DNA from: a virus
Direction: 5' to 3' (one strand)
DNA length: 64,000 bases
Virus record (IMG/VR): IMGVR_UViG_3300023443_000190
Location: 8,564-72,563 of that record
A program made the translations under genes and the position numbers. The notes beneath the pieces are model-generated. The model saw only the letters and a list, made by a program, of their open reading frames with translations, was not told the DNA's origin and ran no database searches. This document shows positions 17,262 to 26,939 of the stretch, in pieces. Within the stretch, counting starts at the first letter, position 1, and each line of letters opens with the position of its first letter.

Positions 17262-18832
17262 AACAAATCCTTTCTCGGTACAGAGGTAACGTAGCTTTTC
17301 CAATCGTCTGAATTCTTTGGCATTAACGGCAAGTCTCTAGGCGGCTTGTAGTGATAGGTGTATTGAAATAGACCGTATGCTTGGCTGAATGTTTTTAGTT
17401 TTCCCTTCTTGGAAGCGTTTAACATTCGATAATAAATGCTTTGCCATTGTTTTTCTGTTTCGGTTTTTTTCACCACTTCCTGCTTTTTATTGGCCTTGCC
17501 TGTCACTTCTTTCAACGTCCCGTTCAATTGCACAATTCGACGGCTGGATTGTTCGTGCTTGAATCCACATTCCCTACAAGCTGCACCAGATATCCGCAAG
17601 GCAAAACATTTCGGGCAACAGATCGGTTCCGGTTCCTTATTGTCGGCGTATTTCTCTTGCAGTTCTTTAGAGACTTTGTATTCGTCGGCATCGAATAGTT
17701 CATGCCAGTCGTGATCCGCGTTAGGGCTGAGATGTCTCCACCAATTGCCTGCGTGATCTGTTATCAAGACATGGTCGTAGCCAGGATAATTCCTCAGCAC
17801 TCGTCCAGCCGCCTGAATGTACGACTTAAAACTCGCCACAGGCGTTGCAAAGATCGCCTGATAGAAGATTGGAAGATCGATCCCTTCTCGCAATACAAAT
17901 CGATTACTGACAAATTCAATCTTACCCCGCTCGATCATATCGACGAGCATGAGCCAATTATCTTTATTGGAAGGTATCTCCTTTCCTTGAATCCAGATAT
18001 TCTTAGCGTCTACATGAGCTGAAATTACACCTTGTTCGTGAAATTCTTTTGCCAACCCCAAGCTGTCTTGAACGGATGGTGCAAACCCAATTGTCGGTAG
18101 ACGATCTTTATTCATCCTCTTCCAGTGTTCGACGATCTTACCAATAACGCGCTGAAGCCATATTTTTCTATATCTCCCATTGATAAGAAATTCTTGGTTG
18201 CTTGATCTTTTTACAAACCTTGCATCCAATTCATCAGGTGCAAAGTATTTTGCTCGCAGCAAAGCGCCACATTCTCGTAATTCAGAATTTTTACCAGCCA
18301 CTATTAAGTGCGAATTTTCTCGTTTCATCCCAACTGGCGTTGCAGTCACCAAGATAACAGTTGTTCCAAGTTCTATGTGTTCATCGATAATTCCAAGCAT
18401 TGTTGGACTTCTCATCATGTGAGCCTCATCGACGAACACAACATCGGCTTTCACTAACGGGAATGTTCGTTTTGCATATTCTCCACCAACTGTATGTTTG
18501 AGCCGCCTTTTGATGACTCTGAGCCGTTCTGTCTGAAAACTACAAATCTGAACGTCGGCATTATCATCTTTCTGATTAGCAAATCCAGAAGCCCTGACTC
18601 CAACAGTTAACCCAGCATTCACAAAACGCGGCAAAGCCTGTTGAGTGAGTTTGATCCGATGCGTATACAAAGCAACTTTTTTACCTTGCGACGAGAATAC
18701 TTTCGACATCTCAACCATCATTAAGGTTTTGCCTGCGCCTGTTGGTGAGGTTAGGACGATCTCTTTATGACCGGATTCAATGGCGGCAAATACGTCGGCA
18801 ATTCCTTTTGTCTGGTGAGGCCAGAGTTGCAT
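17258..18832 (-). CDS. Superfamily 2 (DEAH-like) helicase with C-terminal zinc finger
   Basis: SPTGAGKT, VDEAH, TAT, EGID, YIQAAGRVLR, CPKC..CREC. Confidence 0.92.
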   Translation of the reverse strand: MQLWPHQTKGIADVFAAIESGHKEIVLTSPTGAGKTLMMVEMSKVFSSQGKKVALYTHRIKLTQQALPRFVNAGLTVGVRASGFANQKDDNADVQICSFQTERLRVIKRRLKHTVGGEYAKRTFPLVKADVVFVDEAHMMRSPTMLGIIDEHIELGTTVILVTATPVGMKRENSHLIVAGKNSELRECGALLRAKYFAPDELDARFVKRSSNQEFLINGRYRKIWLQRVIGKIVEHWKRMNKDRLPTIGFAPSVQDSLGLAKEFHEQGVISAHVDAKNIWIQGKEIPSNKDNWLMLVDMIERGKIEFVSNRFVLREGIDLPIFYQAIFATPVASFKSYIQAAGRVLRNYPGYDHVLITDHAGNWWRHLSPNADHDWHELFDADEYKVSKELQEKYADNKEPEPICCPKCFALRISGAACRECGFKHEQSSRRIVQLNGTLKEVTGKANKKQEVVKKTETEKQWQSIYYRMLNASKKGKLKTFSQAYGLFQYTYHYKPPRDLPLMPKNSDDWKSYVTSVPRKDLL

Positions 18833-18842
18833 CCATTCCCCC

Positions 18843-19172
18843 TCATTTAACTTCTCTCAGAATCGCAAACCCTCTTTTCCAAGGGCCGGTTGCCATTATG
18901 TCGGAACCCTTCAGCGAAGGATCTAGGAGCCTTTTGTACGCGCGGGCACCGGTTATCGTGGACGCAAAGCGATATATTTTTTCTCCAATTCTGTATCTCT
19001 TCGGTCTCCTGCTTTCGACCGATACTGCCGGCAAGGTTTCTTCGGCATAATCACCCTTGTCTTCGTCTGTGATCCATGGGAACAATTTGCCATGGCCATC
19101 GGGACAACCAGAGTAACTTTGTAAGTTCTCAAAATGCTTTCCGCATTCGCCGCACTTAAACTTTCGATCCAT
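18843..19172 (-). CDS. Zinc-finger hypothetical protein
   Basis: CGECG...CPDGH. Confidence 0.65.
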   Translation of the reverse strand: MDRKFKCGECGKHFENLQSYSGCPDGHGKLFPWITDEDKGDYAEETLPAVSVESRRPKRYRIGEKIYRFASTITGARAYKRLLDPSLKGSDIMATGPWKRGFAILREVK

Positions 19173-19205
19173 CGTTTTCCCCTTTGTGATAAAGATCCAT
19201 TTCCC

Positions 19206-19376
19206 CTACTTATCAAGCCACCAAGCCTCGTCCTCGTCTCGTTCTAATTCTTCGTCTGCACAACGGCAGGGATCGAAGCCGCAATAGTCGCAAAGCTCGC
19301 ATTGGCAAGAAAAGTAGACCTCGAAACCACATTCTGGACAGATATTTGTACCCGATAATGGTTCGTCTTTTTCCAT
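19206..19376 (-). CDS. Cys-rich acidic 56-aa protein (not in ORF track)
   Basis: MEKDEPLSGTNICPECGFEVYFSCQCELCDYCGFDPCRCADEELERDEDEAWWLDK; GGAGG upstream. Confidence 0.65.
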   Translation of the reverse strand: MEKDEPLSGTNICPECGFEVYFSCQCELCDYCGFDPCRCADEELERDEDEAWWLDK

Positions 19377-19397
19377 TGGATTCCTTTCCTCCAGTCT

Positions 19398-19643
19398 TTA
19401 GCTGTCGGCTGGGTTATTTGAATCGGTTTCGGCGATAATTTCTGATTTGATCCCCCTGATTTGATTAGCAATAACTTCTTTGTAAGTTGCAGACAACTCA
19501 AACGCCTTTGTCAATTGAAACCTACTCCCCATAATCTCTTCCAAACCCTTCGATGCTTTTCTATCGCTTTCTGCCTGTTGATCCAGCCAGTCGGCGAATC
19601 TTTCTCTCTCGGCTTGGGTTAATTCAATCTTTTCGTCTGGCAT
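19398..19643 (-). CDS. Hypothetical protein, 81 aa
   Basis: GGAG RBS; co-oriented. Confidence 0.65.
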   Translation of the reverse strand: MPDEKIELTQAERERFADWLDQQAESDRKASKGLEEIMGSRFQLTKAFELSATYKEVIANQIRGIKSEIIAETDSNNPADS

Positions 19644-19890
19644 TTATTTCTTTCTCCACACATTCAGGACAAATAACAATCAAGTCGTTAATGTCAGTGC
19701 ACCAATTCTCGTCCTCGAACACTCTCCTCTAGCATTGTTCACAATGACCTTGGATTTCTCGCCCTGCTATCGAAGAGACAACAGCTTCGTCACCGTGCAG
19801 AGCTTTGAAACTCTTAATGCTACTTTCCACGTCATCCGTGTTGAACTCCTCAGACAGAAGTTTCTCAGGGATGTATCCTTCAATCAACAT
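19624..19890 (-). pseudogene. Zinc-finger gene interrupted by an in-frame TAG (nonsense allele or readthrough)
   Basis: ...GHCEQC*RRVFEDENWCTDINDLIVICPECVEKE...; TAG at 19729-19731 lies between two CxxC motifs. Confidence 0.6.
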
Positions 19891-20298
19891 AGGAAGCCTT
19901 TCTAAGAGAGTTGGTAGAGAGTACGACAATCCAATATGTCGGAGCGCAACGACCCCGAAAAATCGGGGCCAAATACGACAATCCAATAGAGGTCATCGCT
20001 TAAACGCCTTCCATTGACTTTGATTACGGAGCTAGGAAGGTTCCACCCTCGCTCCGCTCCAAGACCTGAACTGTTCGTCGGCACCTTGAACAAGCCGCCG
20101 AAACAATGAATGCGAGGCTGGAGAATAAATGTGAACCCATAAGCGAAGAGGTGTATCACGATAACTTCGATATGGAGACGCCAGCCCAGCATCCATGATT
20201 CCGACTGGAGAAATAACGCTGAGGCTATCGGATCAGCGTCCGGCACTTGTGTCTCAAGCCTGAGGCAGGACGAATGGCCAAGTGCAGCCAATAGACGT

Positions 20299-20362
20299 AA
20301 AAAAACCCCAAGACCGAGTACAAGAGCTTTCGCTCAAGGTCATGCAATACTCGGTCTTAGAG
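20299..20362 (-). terminator. Intrinsic terminator with a long stem and internal GAAA tetraloop hairpin
   Basis: CTCTAAGACCGAGTA / TACTCGGTCTTGGGG 15-bp stem (with G-U), GAGC-GAAA-GCTC inside, T7 tract. Confidence 0.65.
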
Positions 20363-20417
20363 TTTCTTGTATGTGCTTTTCGGAGCATGACTTCCGACGT
20401 CGTGGTGTCTGATGAAT

Positions 20418-20693
20418 TTAATATATCAGGCTGGAGACTGGATTGCAAGAGACACTTTCCAGAATCATGTCAAGAATGACTTTTATCTGTCTTATCAACT
20501 CTGCCACGTCCTTTACGAGACTGGTGATGTTGTTGGTATTTATTCCTGTAATTTCGGCGTTTACAGTGGCAATCTTTTCGAGTTGCTTCACCATGTTTTG
20601 AAGTTGCTCGATCTTTCGATAATTGGATGTTTTGGGTAGATTTTCACCACATCCGACGATCAGGATTATTGAGATTAAGGCTATCATTTTCAT
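20418..20693 (-). CDS. Putative lipoprotein with coiled coil
   Basis: MKMIALISIILIVGC lipobox. Confidence 0.65.
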   Translation of the reverse strand: MKMIALISIILIVGCGENLPKTSNYRKIEQLQNMVKQLEKIATVNAEITGINTNNITSLVKDVAELIRQIKVILDMILESVSCNPVSSLIY

Positions 20694-20923
20694 TTTTCAC
20701 CAGTGATTGCAAGAGGTCGTGTTGATTCTTTCGACAAGAAATCAATACAGCCGCAACAAATTCTCATGTATCGGCTTGGGCTTGATTCAGGTTCGAGTCT
20801 TTCATGTTCGGCATTTTTTGGATAAAACAATTCAATCGATGGAGCTGCTCTTTCGCCGCAGATATGACACCAGTCAACTCTGTTAAGCAGACAATATAGA
20901 GAATTTCCGACGCGGCTAAACAT
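20690..20923 (-). CDS. Small zinc-finger protein
   Basis: CHICG...CCGC. Confidence 0.6.
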   Translation of the reverse strand: MFSRVGNSLYCLLNRVDWCHICGERAAPSIELFYPKNAEHERLEPESSPSRYMRICCGCIDFLSKESTRPLAITGEK

Positions 20924-21269
20924 TATTTTCCCCTTTTATTTTTTCCCAGAATTCCACCTCAACGTAAGAATAATTCTCAGGGATCAAAGATTTTTGGTGC
21001 ATAGAAACAGTTTTAACAGTAAATCCAGACAAGCCTTTTTCCAGAAGAAAGGCACAAAGTTCTTTCCGTGTTGTGTCCAAATCACTTTGATTTTCTATCT
21101 GGATGGTTGGCAGATTGAAGCAATGGCCTTCACCTCCTTCGCATGATCCCATTGTACGAAAGCCGTCATCCATTATTAAGCGGACTAAATCTCTAATGCC
21201 TTCGTCAATATCACTCCAAAAATCTTCTTCGCTTACTTCAACTTGGTTCATTTTAGCGTATTTTATCAT
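20916..21269 (-). CDS. Hypothetical protein with a TYW3-like N-terminal motif
   Basis: DIDEGIRDLVRL..DDGFRTMGSCEG. Confidence 0.55.
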   Translation of the reverse strand: MIKYAKMNQVEVSEEDFWSDIDEGIRDLVRLIMDDGFRTMGSCEGGEGHCFNLPTIQIENQSDLDTTRKELCAFLLEKGLSGFTVKTVSMHQKSLIPENYSYVEVEFWEKIKGENNV

Positions 21270-21586
21270 TTTCCCCTCTTCCGAAACTTAATCCCGTTAA
21301 ACGCAGCGTCTTTTGCGACTGCCCCGACTCTTTCTCGATGTACGCCAATCTTCTCGCTGATTCCGACATGCGACAATCTGGTGTTCTGAAGCAAGGCGAT
21401 GATTCGATAGGCGTTTTGACCCAGCCCTTTGAATTGCGATCTGCTCACACCATTTCTTCGCAGAACAGTATAAATACGCTGCTTGGTAACCTTAAGAGTA
21501 GTTGCACAGGTAGCGACAGACAGGTGTTGATGTGACTTCATGTATTCAACAATGTTTTTTTCTTCTGCGGGCTTGCTAATCTGCAT
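21266..21586 (-). CDS. Tandem HTH DNA-binding protein
   Basis: LSVATCATTLKVTKQRIYTVL and LSHVGISEKIGVHRERVGAVA. Confidence 0.65.
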   Translation of the reverse strand: MQISKPAEEKNIVEYMKSHQHLSVATCATTLKVTKQRIYTVLRRNGVSRSQFKGLGQNAYRIIALLQNTRLSHVGISEKIGVHRERVGAVAKDAAFNGIKFRKRGK

Positions 21587-22079
21587 CGTTTTCCTCTGGC
21601 TTGTAACTTATCATTCCCTCGCGAATCATTGTACCCAAATTCTGACAACACCACACACGACAACCCATTTTTGCAAAGAATGGAACAATGGAATCATAAT
21701 GTCGCTCTGGAACACTAACGCGGATATTTCTATATCTGCCCGGATTAGCCTCAATTCTTTCACGCACAGCACAAAACAACGCCGACCCGACTCCTTTCCC
21801 CCTCCAGTCGGGATCGACGCATAGACGCAAAATATGAAGCTCTGAGTCAATTCGTCTGGTAAGACAAACTCCAACGCATTGACCGCGGTTGTGCAGAGTT
21901 GTGACGGATCGATCGCGTACAACGATTCCAGTCGTTTCCATCCCGCCCGCATTACACATTAAAGTTTCGTAAGTGGCTGGATACCAAGGGGTAAGGCTCG
22001 ACAATTTCTCGATAGCGAGAATATTGGGAAAGTCCTGTCGGACGAGTGGGGTGGTTTTCCAGACTTTGGTTTTATTCAC
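21576..22079 (-). CDS. GNAT (RimI-like) acetyltransferase
   Basis: SELHILRLCVDPDWRGKGVGSALF acetyl-CoA motif; GTG start with AGGGGG RBS. Confidence 0.8.
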   Translation of the reverse strand: MNKTKVWKTTPLVRQDFPNILAIEKLSSLTPWYPATYETLMCNAGGMETTGIVVRDRSVTTLHNRGQCVGVCLTRRIDSELHILRLCVDPDWRGKGVGSALFCAVRERIEANPGRYRNIRVSVPERHYDSIVPFFAKMGCRVWCCQNLGTMIREGMISYKPEENDAD

Positions 22080-23007
22080 GTTTCCCCCTAATGTAAGCAT
22101 TCCAATGATTGATCGCCCTGTGCAAGAAAGTCTGAGTATCCATGTTTTGAGCAACACGGCCAACTCGCTGATCGAGCTGCAATAAGTAGCCCTTGGCCTG
22201 CTCCATGTGTTTCAACGCCAGCCTTTCAAGGTCGGCAACGGAATGTCTTTCTTTTTTCTTCCGCTCTTTTCCAGCCTTAAACTCTTCAATCGCTACTTCT
22301 ATGTCAGCAGATTCTGCAATTTTAGTCAACTCCTCTTTTGAGGCAATGGGCTTATTTTTGAGTTGGGTGGCGAATTCCGAGTCTGTTTCGGCTATTTTGT
22401 CGATTTGGCGGGTGCTTCGGGCATCCCGCTTGACCTTTGAAGGACTCACATTTTCGGATTTACCAATCTTTGTTGCAGTCTCGTTTTCGACCAAAGTGTC
22501 ATTTTGACCTGTTGCTATAGGTTGTATGGGTTGACTAGGCGGACGATTGCCGCCGTGAGTCTTTTTTTGCATTTCATATCGTTTACCACGCAGATAGCTC
22601 CGCTGGGATGAATTCAGATTTCTACGTCCAAGTTGGTTCTCGATAATCCACAATTTCACAGCGTCTCGATCCCGCAAGCCGCGAACCATTTCCACTTCGG
22701 GAACCATTTTCTTTTTCAGGCCACGAACTCCAACGTCTTCACCGATCTTATGCCAAATCGCCATTCGGGTGTAACCGTCGATAATGTAGATGTGGTCGGG
22801 ATCGTCGGGGTCTTGCCAGCATTTGATCGAGTCGAGGAATCCGTGCTTCTCAATGTTGGACTTGAGATCAGACTTGGACTTTCTGGCATCGATCTCGTAG
22901 TCGTCGGGGCAGGTTGCCTTCTCGTCGATGCAATGGAGAAGCAGATCGCGGAATTCATCCAGTCCTTGAATGTCATTGATTGTTATTGTCACTTTAGAAT
23001 TCCCCAC
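22072..23007 (-). CDS. ParB/Srx-like N-terminal domain protein
   Basis: NIEKHGFLDSI..W, IIDGYTR, NQLGRRNL..SQRSYLRGKRY. Confidence 0.82.
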   Translation of the reverse strand: MGNSKVTITINDIQGLDEFRDLLLHCIDEKATCPDDYEIDARKSKSDLKSNIEKHGFLDSIKCWQDPDDPDHIYIIDGYTRMAIWHKIGEDVGVRGLKKKMVPEVEMVRGLRDRDAVKLWIIENQLGRRNLNSSQRSYLRGKRYEMQKKTHGGNRPPSQPIQPIATGQNDTLVENETATKIGKSENVSPSKVKRDARSTRQIDKIAETDSEFATQLKNKPIASKEELTKIAESADIEVAIEEFKAGKERKKKERHSVADLERLALKHMEQAKGYLLQLDQRVGRVAQNMDTQTFLHRAINHWNAYIRGKRE

Positions 23008-23219
23008 AGATCAAGGATTTCTTTTGCCCTGTCAGCCTCATGTCCCACAAGGCTTACCAGGTTTATACAGCCACTCTTTTTTTCCATGAATCGAATATCG
23101 ATCGCCGGTTGAGTTTCCCCTAAATAGATGGCCTCCGTGACGCAAGAAACATTCAGATATTTTGTCCCTTTTTCACAGACGTTGTAACTTATGAATATGG
23201 GTTGTTCTGATTTTGTCAT
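22989..23219 (-). CDS. Hypothetical protein, 76 aa
   Basis: ATGA-coupled ORF. Confidence 0.6.
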   Translation of the reverse strand: MTKSEQPIFISYNVCEKGTKYLNVSCVTEAIYLGETQPAIDIRFMEKKSGCINLVSLVGHEADRAKEILDLWGILK

Positions 23220-23929
23220 TTCTTCCTGCTTTTTGAAGACTGTCGGTCAACCTCGGCCCTGTTTCCAATGCCATCAGGAATCAGTTTCTTCCTCGTATCC
23301 GCCACACTCCCGACAAGAGTCTCGTAAGGTTGGCGAGTCAGTATTCCGCTATCAAAGTATTGCTGAAGCCGATTGGAAATCTTGTCCAAAGTAGTCGAAT
23401 CCTTTGCGCCTTGAATGCTTTGACGAACAGATTCGATAATTTCTTGAGGCGAACGGTCATCGGTAATACCGCTATCGAACCGGCCTTGAAATACCGTATG
23501 AGACATGCCGAGAAGAGAAAACGCTTTTGTCATGGCGTCGGTCATAGCAATCTTAAAGGCGTGGGTTTCGACCTTTCCACCAGCCCTGACTAATTGTGCC
23601 GTTGCTCGGACTGGGCCAACGTAGTAAGGCTCTTTCTGACTGGAAGTGATTTTGTATCTGATCCCGAGAGTACAAATAGCAATCGTCACATCTTGGACGG
23701 TCAAAGTTTCATAGTGGGTGTCGATTGACCAGTCGATGCCGATCGGGCCAAACATGGCTGTCATTTCCTGTAGTTGCCAGTTCGGATCGATTGACGTGAA
23801 TTTGAATCCGAAGTCAACCTCTTTGGTCATGTCTTTTGGAGTGGTCGAAAACCCGTGCCAAAGCCTTGTGTTGTGATTTTCATTCTGTCCGTTCTCGCGG
23901 ACACGATCATCAGTCGCCGTATCTGTCAT
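23216..23929 (-). CDS. Rad52/Sak-like single-strand annealing protein
   Basis: FTSIDPNWQLQEMTAMFGPIGIDW; AFKIAMTDAMTKAFSLLG; next to the exonuclease. Confidence 0.7.
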   Translation of the reverse strand: MTDTATDDRVRENGQNENHNTRLWHGFSTTPKDMTKEVDFGFKFTSIDPNWQLQEMTAMFGPIGIDWSIDTHYETLTVQDVTIAICTLGIRYKITSSQKEPYYVGPVRATAQLVRAGGKVETHAFKIAMTDAMTKAFSLLGMSHTVFQGRFDSGITDDRSPQEIIESVRQSIQGAKDSTTLDKISNRLQQYFDSGILTRQPYETLVGSVADTRKKLIPDGIGNRAEVDRQSSKSRKK

Positions 23930-24767
23930 TATCGCTCCAGTATGTTTCAAGGTTTTTCCAAGTCGGCTCCCACGCATCGGCTGGGTTTTCTCTCGTCTTT
24001 TGCCATTCCTTACATTGCAACAACTTCTCCATTGTCGCCTGATTATTCTTCGCATACTCGCCAAGAATTTCAGGCTTCACAAACTTGATAAACGCTTTCG
24101 GTGGATCGGTCTTTGTAACCGGAACCACGACATATCGATCAGCACCAGTAATCATCAGATACCACGCGGCTTGATGGAGATAGCCCAGATTTTGGCCAGC
24201 CCGACAAAACGCTATCGGCTCTTTTTCCTTAGTCGTCTTGAAGTCCATGACCGTAGAACCGAGCGGGCAGTCTGGATAATAGCGGTCAATCATGCACTTA
24301 GCTTTTTCGCCATTCGGCAAAGTCGCAATAAAGACTACTTCACTTTCGTATTCCCACAGGTTGTAATCGCGTTCTTCCAGACATTCGTCAATCGCTTCGC
24401 CCCATGATTCGATCTCGTCAATATCATCGTCGTACAAAACTTCTTGATGGGCTTCGGACGCGACCTGTAAAATCTCGGCTTCCTGCTCTCGGTGTGAAGG
24501 CTTTCGACGGTTAAGCGGTTCGCCGAGAATGGTCTGGGGGAATCGAAAGACTTCGTTCAGCCATTCCTGACCATGTTGCATTCGCGTATGAAAAATACGC
24601 CCCTTGCGATAGTCGTCACCCTTCTTTTCTTCGGCTGATCGAGCAACATATTTGCGGTAGTAAATCTCAGGCCCGTCAAGCTCGAAACATCTCAGCCCAG
24701 ACGCATTCAGCGCATCAATCTGAGTGTAGTCGTAAAAGCTCATTCCAACATGCTTTTCGACTTCCAT
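23910..24767 (-). CDS. RecE/DUF3799-like PD-(D/E)xK exonuclease
   Basis: ALNASGL, GRIFH, KCMIDRY, VMDFKTT, YLHQAAWY. Confidence 0.85.
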   Translation of the reverse strand: MEVEKHVGMSFYDYTQIDALNASGLRCFELDGPEIYYRKYVARSAEEKKGDDYRKGRIFHTRMQHGQEWLNEVFRFPQTILGEPLNRRKPSHREQEAEILQVASEAHQEVLYDDDIDEIESWGEAIDECLEERDYNLWEYESEVVFIATLPNGEKAKCMIDRYYPDCPLGSTVMDFKTTKEKEPIAFCRAGQNLGYLHQAAWYLMITGADRYVVVPVTKTDPPKAFIKFVKPEILGEYAKNNQATMEKLLQCKEWQKTRENPADAWEPTWKNLETYWSDNDRYGD

Positions 24768-24887
24768 GCGTTCCCCCCAAAAGTTCCCGACGAATAACGG
24801 CATCCGGTGCTGTCTCGTCGGGCGGGCTGCCATCCATGTAAAAATCTGCTTATCACACAAACAGAATAACACAAAGAAATCAGTCCG

Positions 24888-25307
24888 TCAACAGAACTTA
24901 GTAAGCAATACATTCAAATCTTCCAATTCTTCGGGACTGGCCATATAGCCTTCCTTCAGGCGGATAATATCGTCACGAAGACATTCCGATCCAATTCTTG
25001 GATAATAAACCTCGTACATGGTGCCATCACACAATGCCGAAAACCGATGTACAACGCGGGTGGGAACAACGAACCTTTCTCCGGCATGGACAACCTTCTG
25101 CTGTCCTAAATTTAATTCCCATGTTTCAACCAAGACTTTTCCTCTTGTGACATAAAACACATTTTCTCTCTGTTTGTGATAGTGAATGGAACATCTTCCG
25201 CCAGCCAATAATTTCAAGTGGTGGATCGAAATTTCTTTGTTGTGAATGATCTCGGCAGTCTTTCCCCAGACTTTGTCTTCATAATCTACTAATTCTATTT
25301 CGAGCAT
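24888..25307 (-). CDS. Cupin (sugar isomerase-like)
   Basis: KVWG, CSIHYHKQRENVFYVTRG, VVHRF. Confidence 0.8.
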   Translation of the reverse strand: MLEIELVDYEDKVWGKTAEIIHNKEISIHHLKLLAGGRCSIHYHKQRENVFYVTRGKVLVETWELNLGQQKVVHAGERFVVPTRVVHRFSALCDGTMYEVYYPRIGSECLRDDIIRLKEGYMASPEELEDLNVLLTKFC

Positions 25308-25486
25308 CCAAACAACTCCTTCTCTAAAAGGTCAAAGAGCTTACATACTGATTTGCTCGGGGCAAAAACGCCGCCTTCGTATTGGCTGATTGTTTGCTGA
25401 TTGACGCCTGCTTTCTCACCCAATTCAGTTTGGGTAATTTCCAGCCGTTCCCTCAATCTGATAATATCTTCCGCTTCCCAAACCAC
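25295..25486 (-). CDS. Cro/XRE-family HTH regulator
   Basis: LRERLEITQTELGEKAGVNQQTISQYEGG; AGGAGG RBS. Confidence 0.88.
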   Translation of the reverse strand: MVWEAEDIIRLRERLEITQTELGEKAGVNQQTISQYEGGVFAPSKSVCKLFDLLEKELFGCSK

Positions 25487-26488
25487 TTATGCCTCCTGCC
25501 GTAGAGACTGGGCGGCTTCTAGCCAGTTGAAAAACTTATTCCGCCAGACCTGTAGGCCACCGCGTTCTTTACCGCTTTTTATGGCCTTCTCCCTAAGAAA
25601 GTCCAGTCGAAGCGGATCTTTGAGGAACTTAATCCCGTCTGAAAAGTCGGAGTATTCTCGACACAAATACCCGTCAGCCCCGTGATTGATTTGTTCGATC
25701 TGGCCGCCCTTCATATCGACAATAGGAATACACCCAGCCGCCTGGGCCTCACATACCGTTCTACCATAAGACTCGGTTAGTTTGGAGGACGAGTGCAAGT
25801 GAGCAGTCCAGCGATGAAACAAGTTTCGATTCTTCCACGCCGGTTCGTAAAACTTGGCATTTTCCCCGACCGCTTGACTTAATGGTTCGACGCGATGGTC
25901 TGGGCAGCCGACAAACTCCCATTGAACGTCGGGATGATTCTTGTGTAGGTAAGCGTAGAAATCGTAGAGATCATCAAGGCTCCATTTCTCGCGACCCATG
26001 TGACCGGACGTGCAAAGCTTACCGATCACAATCCCTTCGGCGCGTGGAATCGGCTCTGTCTGGGCGCAAGGTTGATAAAAGACATTCTCGGTATTTTGAT
26101 CGGTTAGGACGGCTAAGTGCATTGAGACCGACCATTCGATTGTGCATTTCTTCCTGGCGGATCGGTGTGTCTTTAATGCCGAATGTTCGTAGAAGATCGA
26201 GATAAAATCCCTCGACAGAAAGTTCGGCATCGTAGACGCGCCAGTGTTGTGAAAGATTACAACGTCTAGTGCGACAGATTCCAGATAGGCAGGCGTGATC
26301 TTACTCACCCGAGATATCTGACAACCGTAATGAGCCTTTTCTTCGTCCGAACATTCTCCGTCGCCAGCATTGACGAAAAGGATTTCGTGGTCCCAGTCTG
26401 GCAAGGCGCGTTTAATCGAATAGACGCAAGCCCCAGTTCCGCCGCAGATGTTTGGGATGTTAGCTATTTGGAGTAGCTTCATGGTCAT
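25487..26488 (-). CDS. GT-B glycosyltransferase (GT4-like)
   Basis: ESYGRTVCEAQAAGCIPIV..KGGQIEQINHGADGYL. Confidence 0.85.
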   Translation of the reverse strand: MTMKLLQIANIPNICGGTGACVYSIKRALPDWDHEILFVNAGDGECSDEEKAHYGCQISRVSKITPAYLESVALDVVIFHNTGASTMPNFLSRDFISIFYEHSALKTHRSARKKCTIEWSVSMHLAVLTDQNTENVFYQPCAQTEPIPRAEGIVIGKLCTSGHMGREKWSLDDLYDFYAYLHKNHPDVQWEFVGCPDHRVEPLSQAVGENAKFYEPAWKNRNLFHRWTAHLHSSSKLTESYGRTVCEAQAAGCIPIVDMKGGQIEQINHGADGYLCREYSDFSDGIKFLKDPLRLDFLREKAIKSGKERGGLQVWRNKFFNWLEAAQSLRQEA

Positions 26489-26939
26489 GGTATTTACTAT
26501 TCACTAGATCAAGGGCTACGATACAACCAAATTCAAAATCCCCTAACGGAGAATCGCCATTGGGTGCGTTGCAAAGCTGGGGTTGCATTCTTTTACTGTA
26601 TTCTTCCCACAAGCCCATATCTTCCAATTTTATTTGAACCGGAAAAAATGACCCATAGTATTTACTAAAACGAGGAACTTCTGCTGGGCCACAGCTTGAG
26701 CAATATGGGTATGACAACGGTTCGTCCCCATCGGATTTTCGGGCTTGATTTTTCTCAAAATGTAATATCCAATCCTCGTTTTCCAAACTTTCTGGCGGAA
26801 AGAACTGTCTAACCATGCACTTCTTTGGGTAGTTTTTTGTGCCTTTTATGGGGATTCCCCAAAACGCCACCCATTTCCAACCAAAGAATTCCTGTGCAAT
26901 GGCCCGATCTAAATCTGTTGTGTTCGGAACAATCATCAT
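26460..26939 (-). CDS. Phage ABA-sandwich-like protein
   Basis: DLDRAIAQEFFGWKW N-terminus. Confidence 0.55.
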   Translation of the reverse strand: MMIVPNTTDLDRAIAQEFFGWKWVAFWGIPIKGTKNYPKKCMVRQFFPPESLENEDWILHFEKNQARKSDGDEPLSYPYCSSCGPAEVPRFSKYYGSFFPVQIKLEDMGLWEEYSKRMQPQLCNAPNGDSPLGDFEFGCIVALDLVNSKYHDHEATPNS

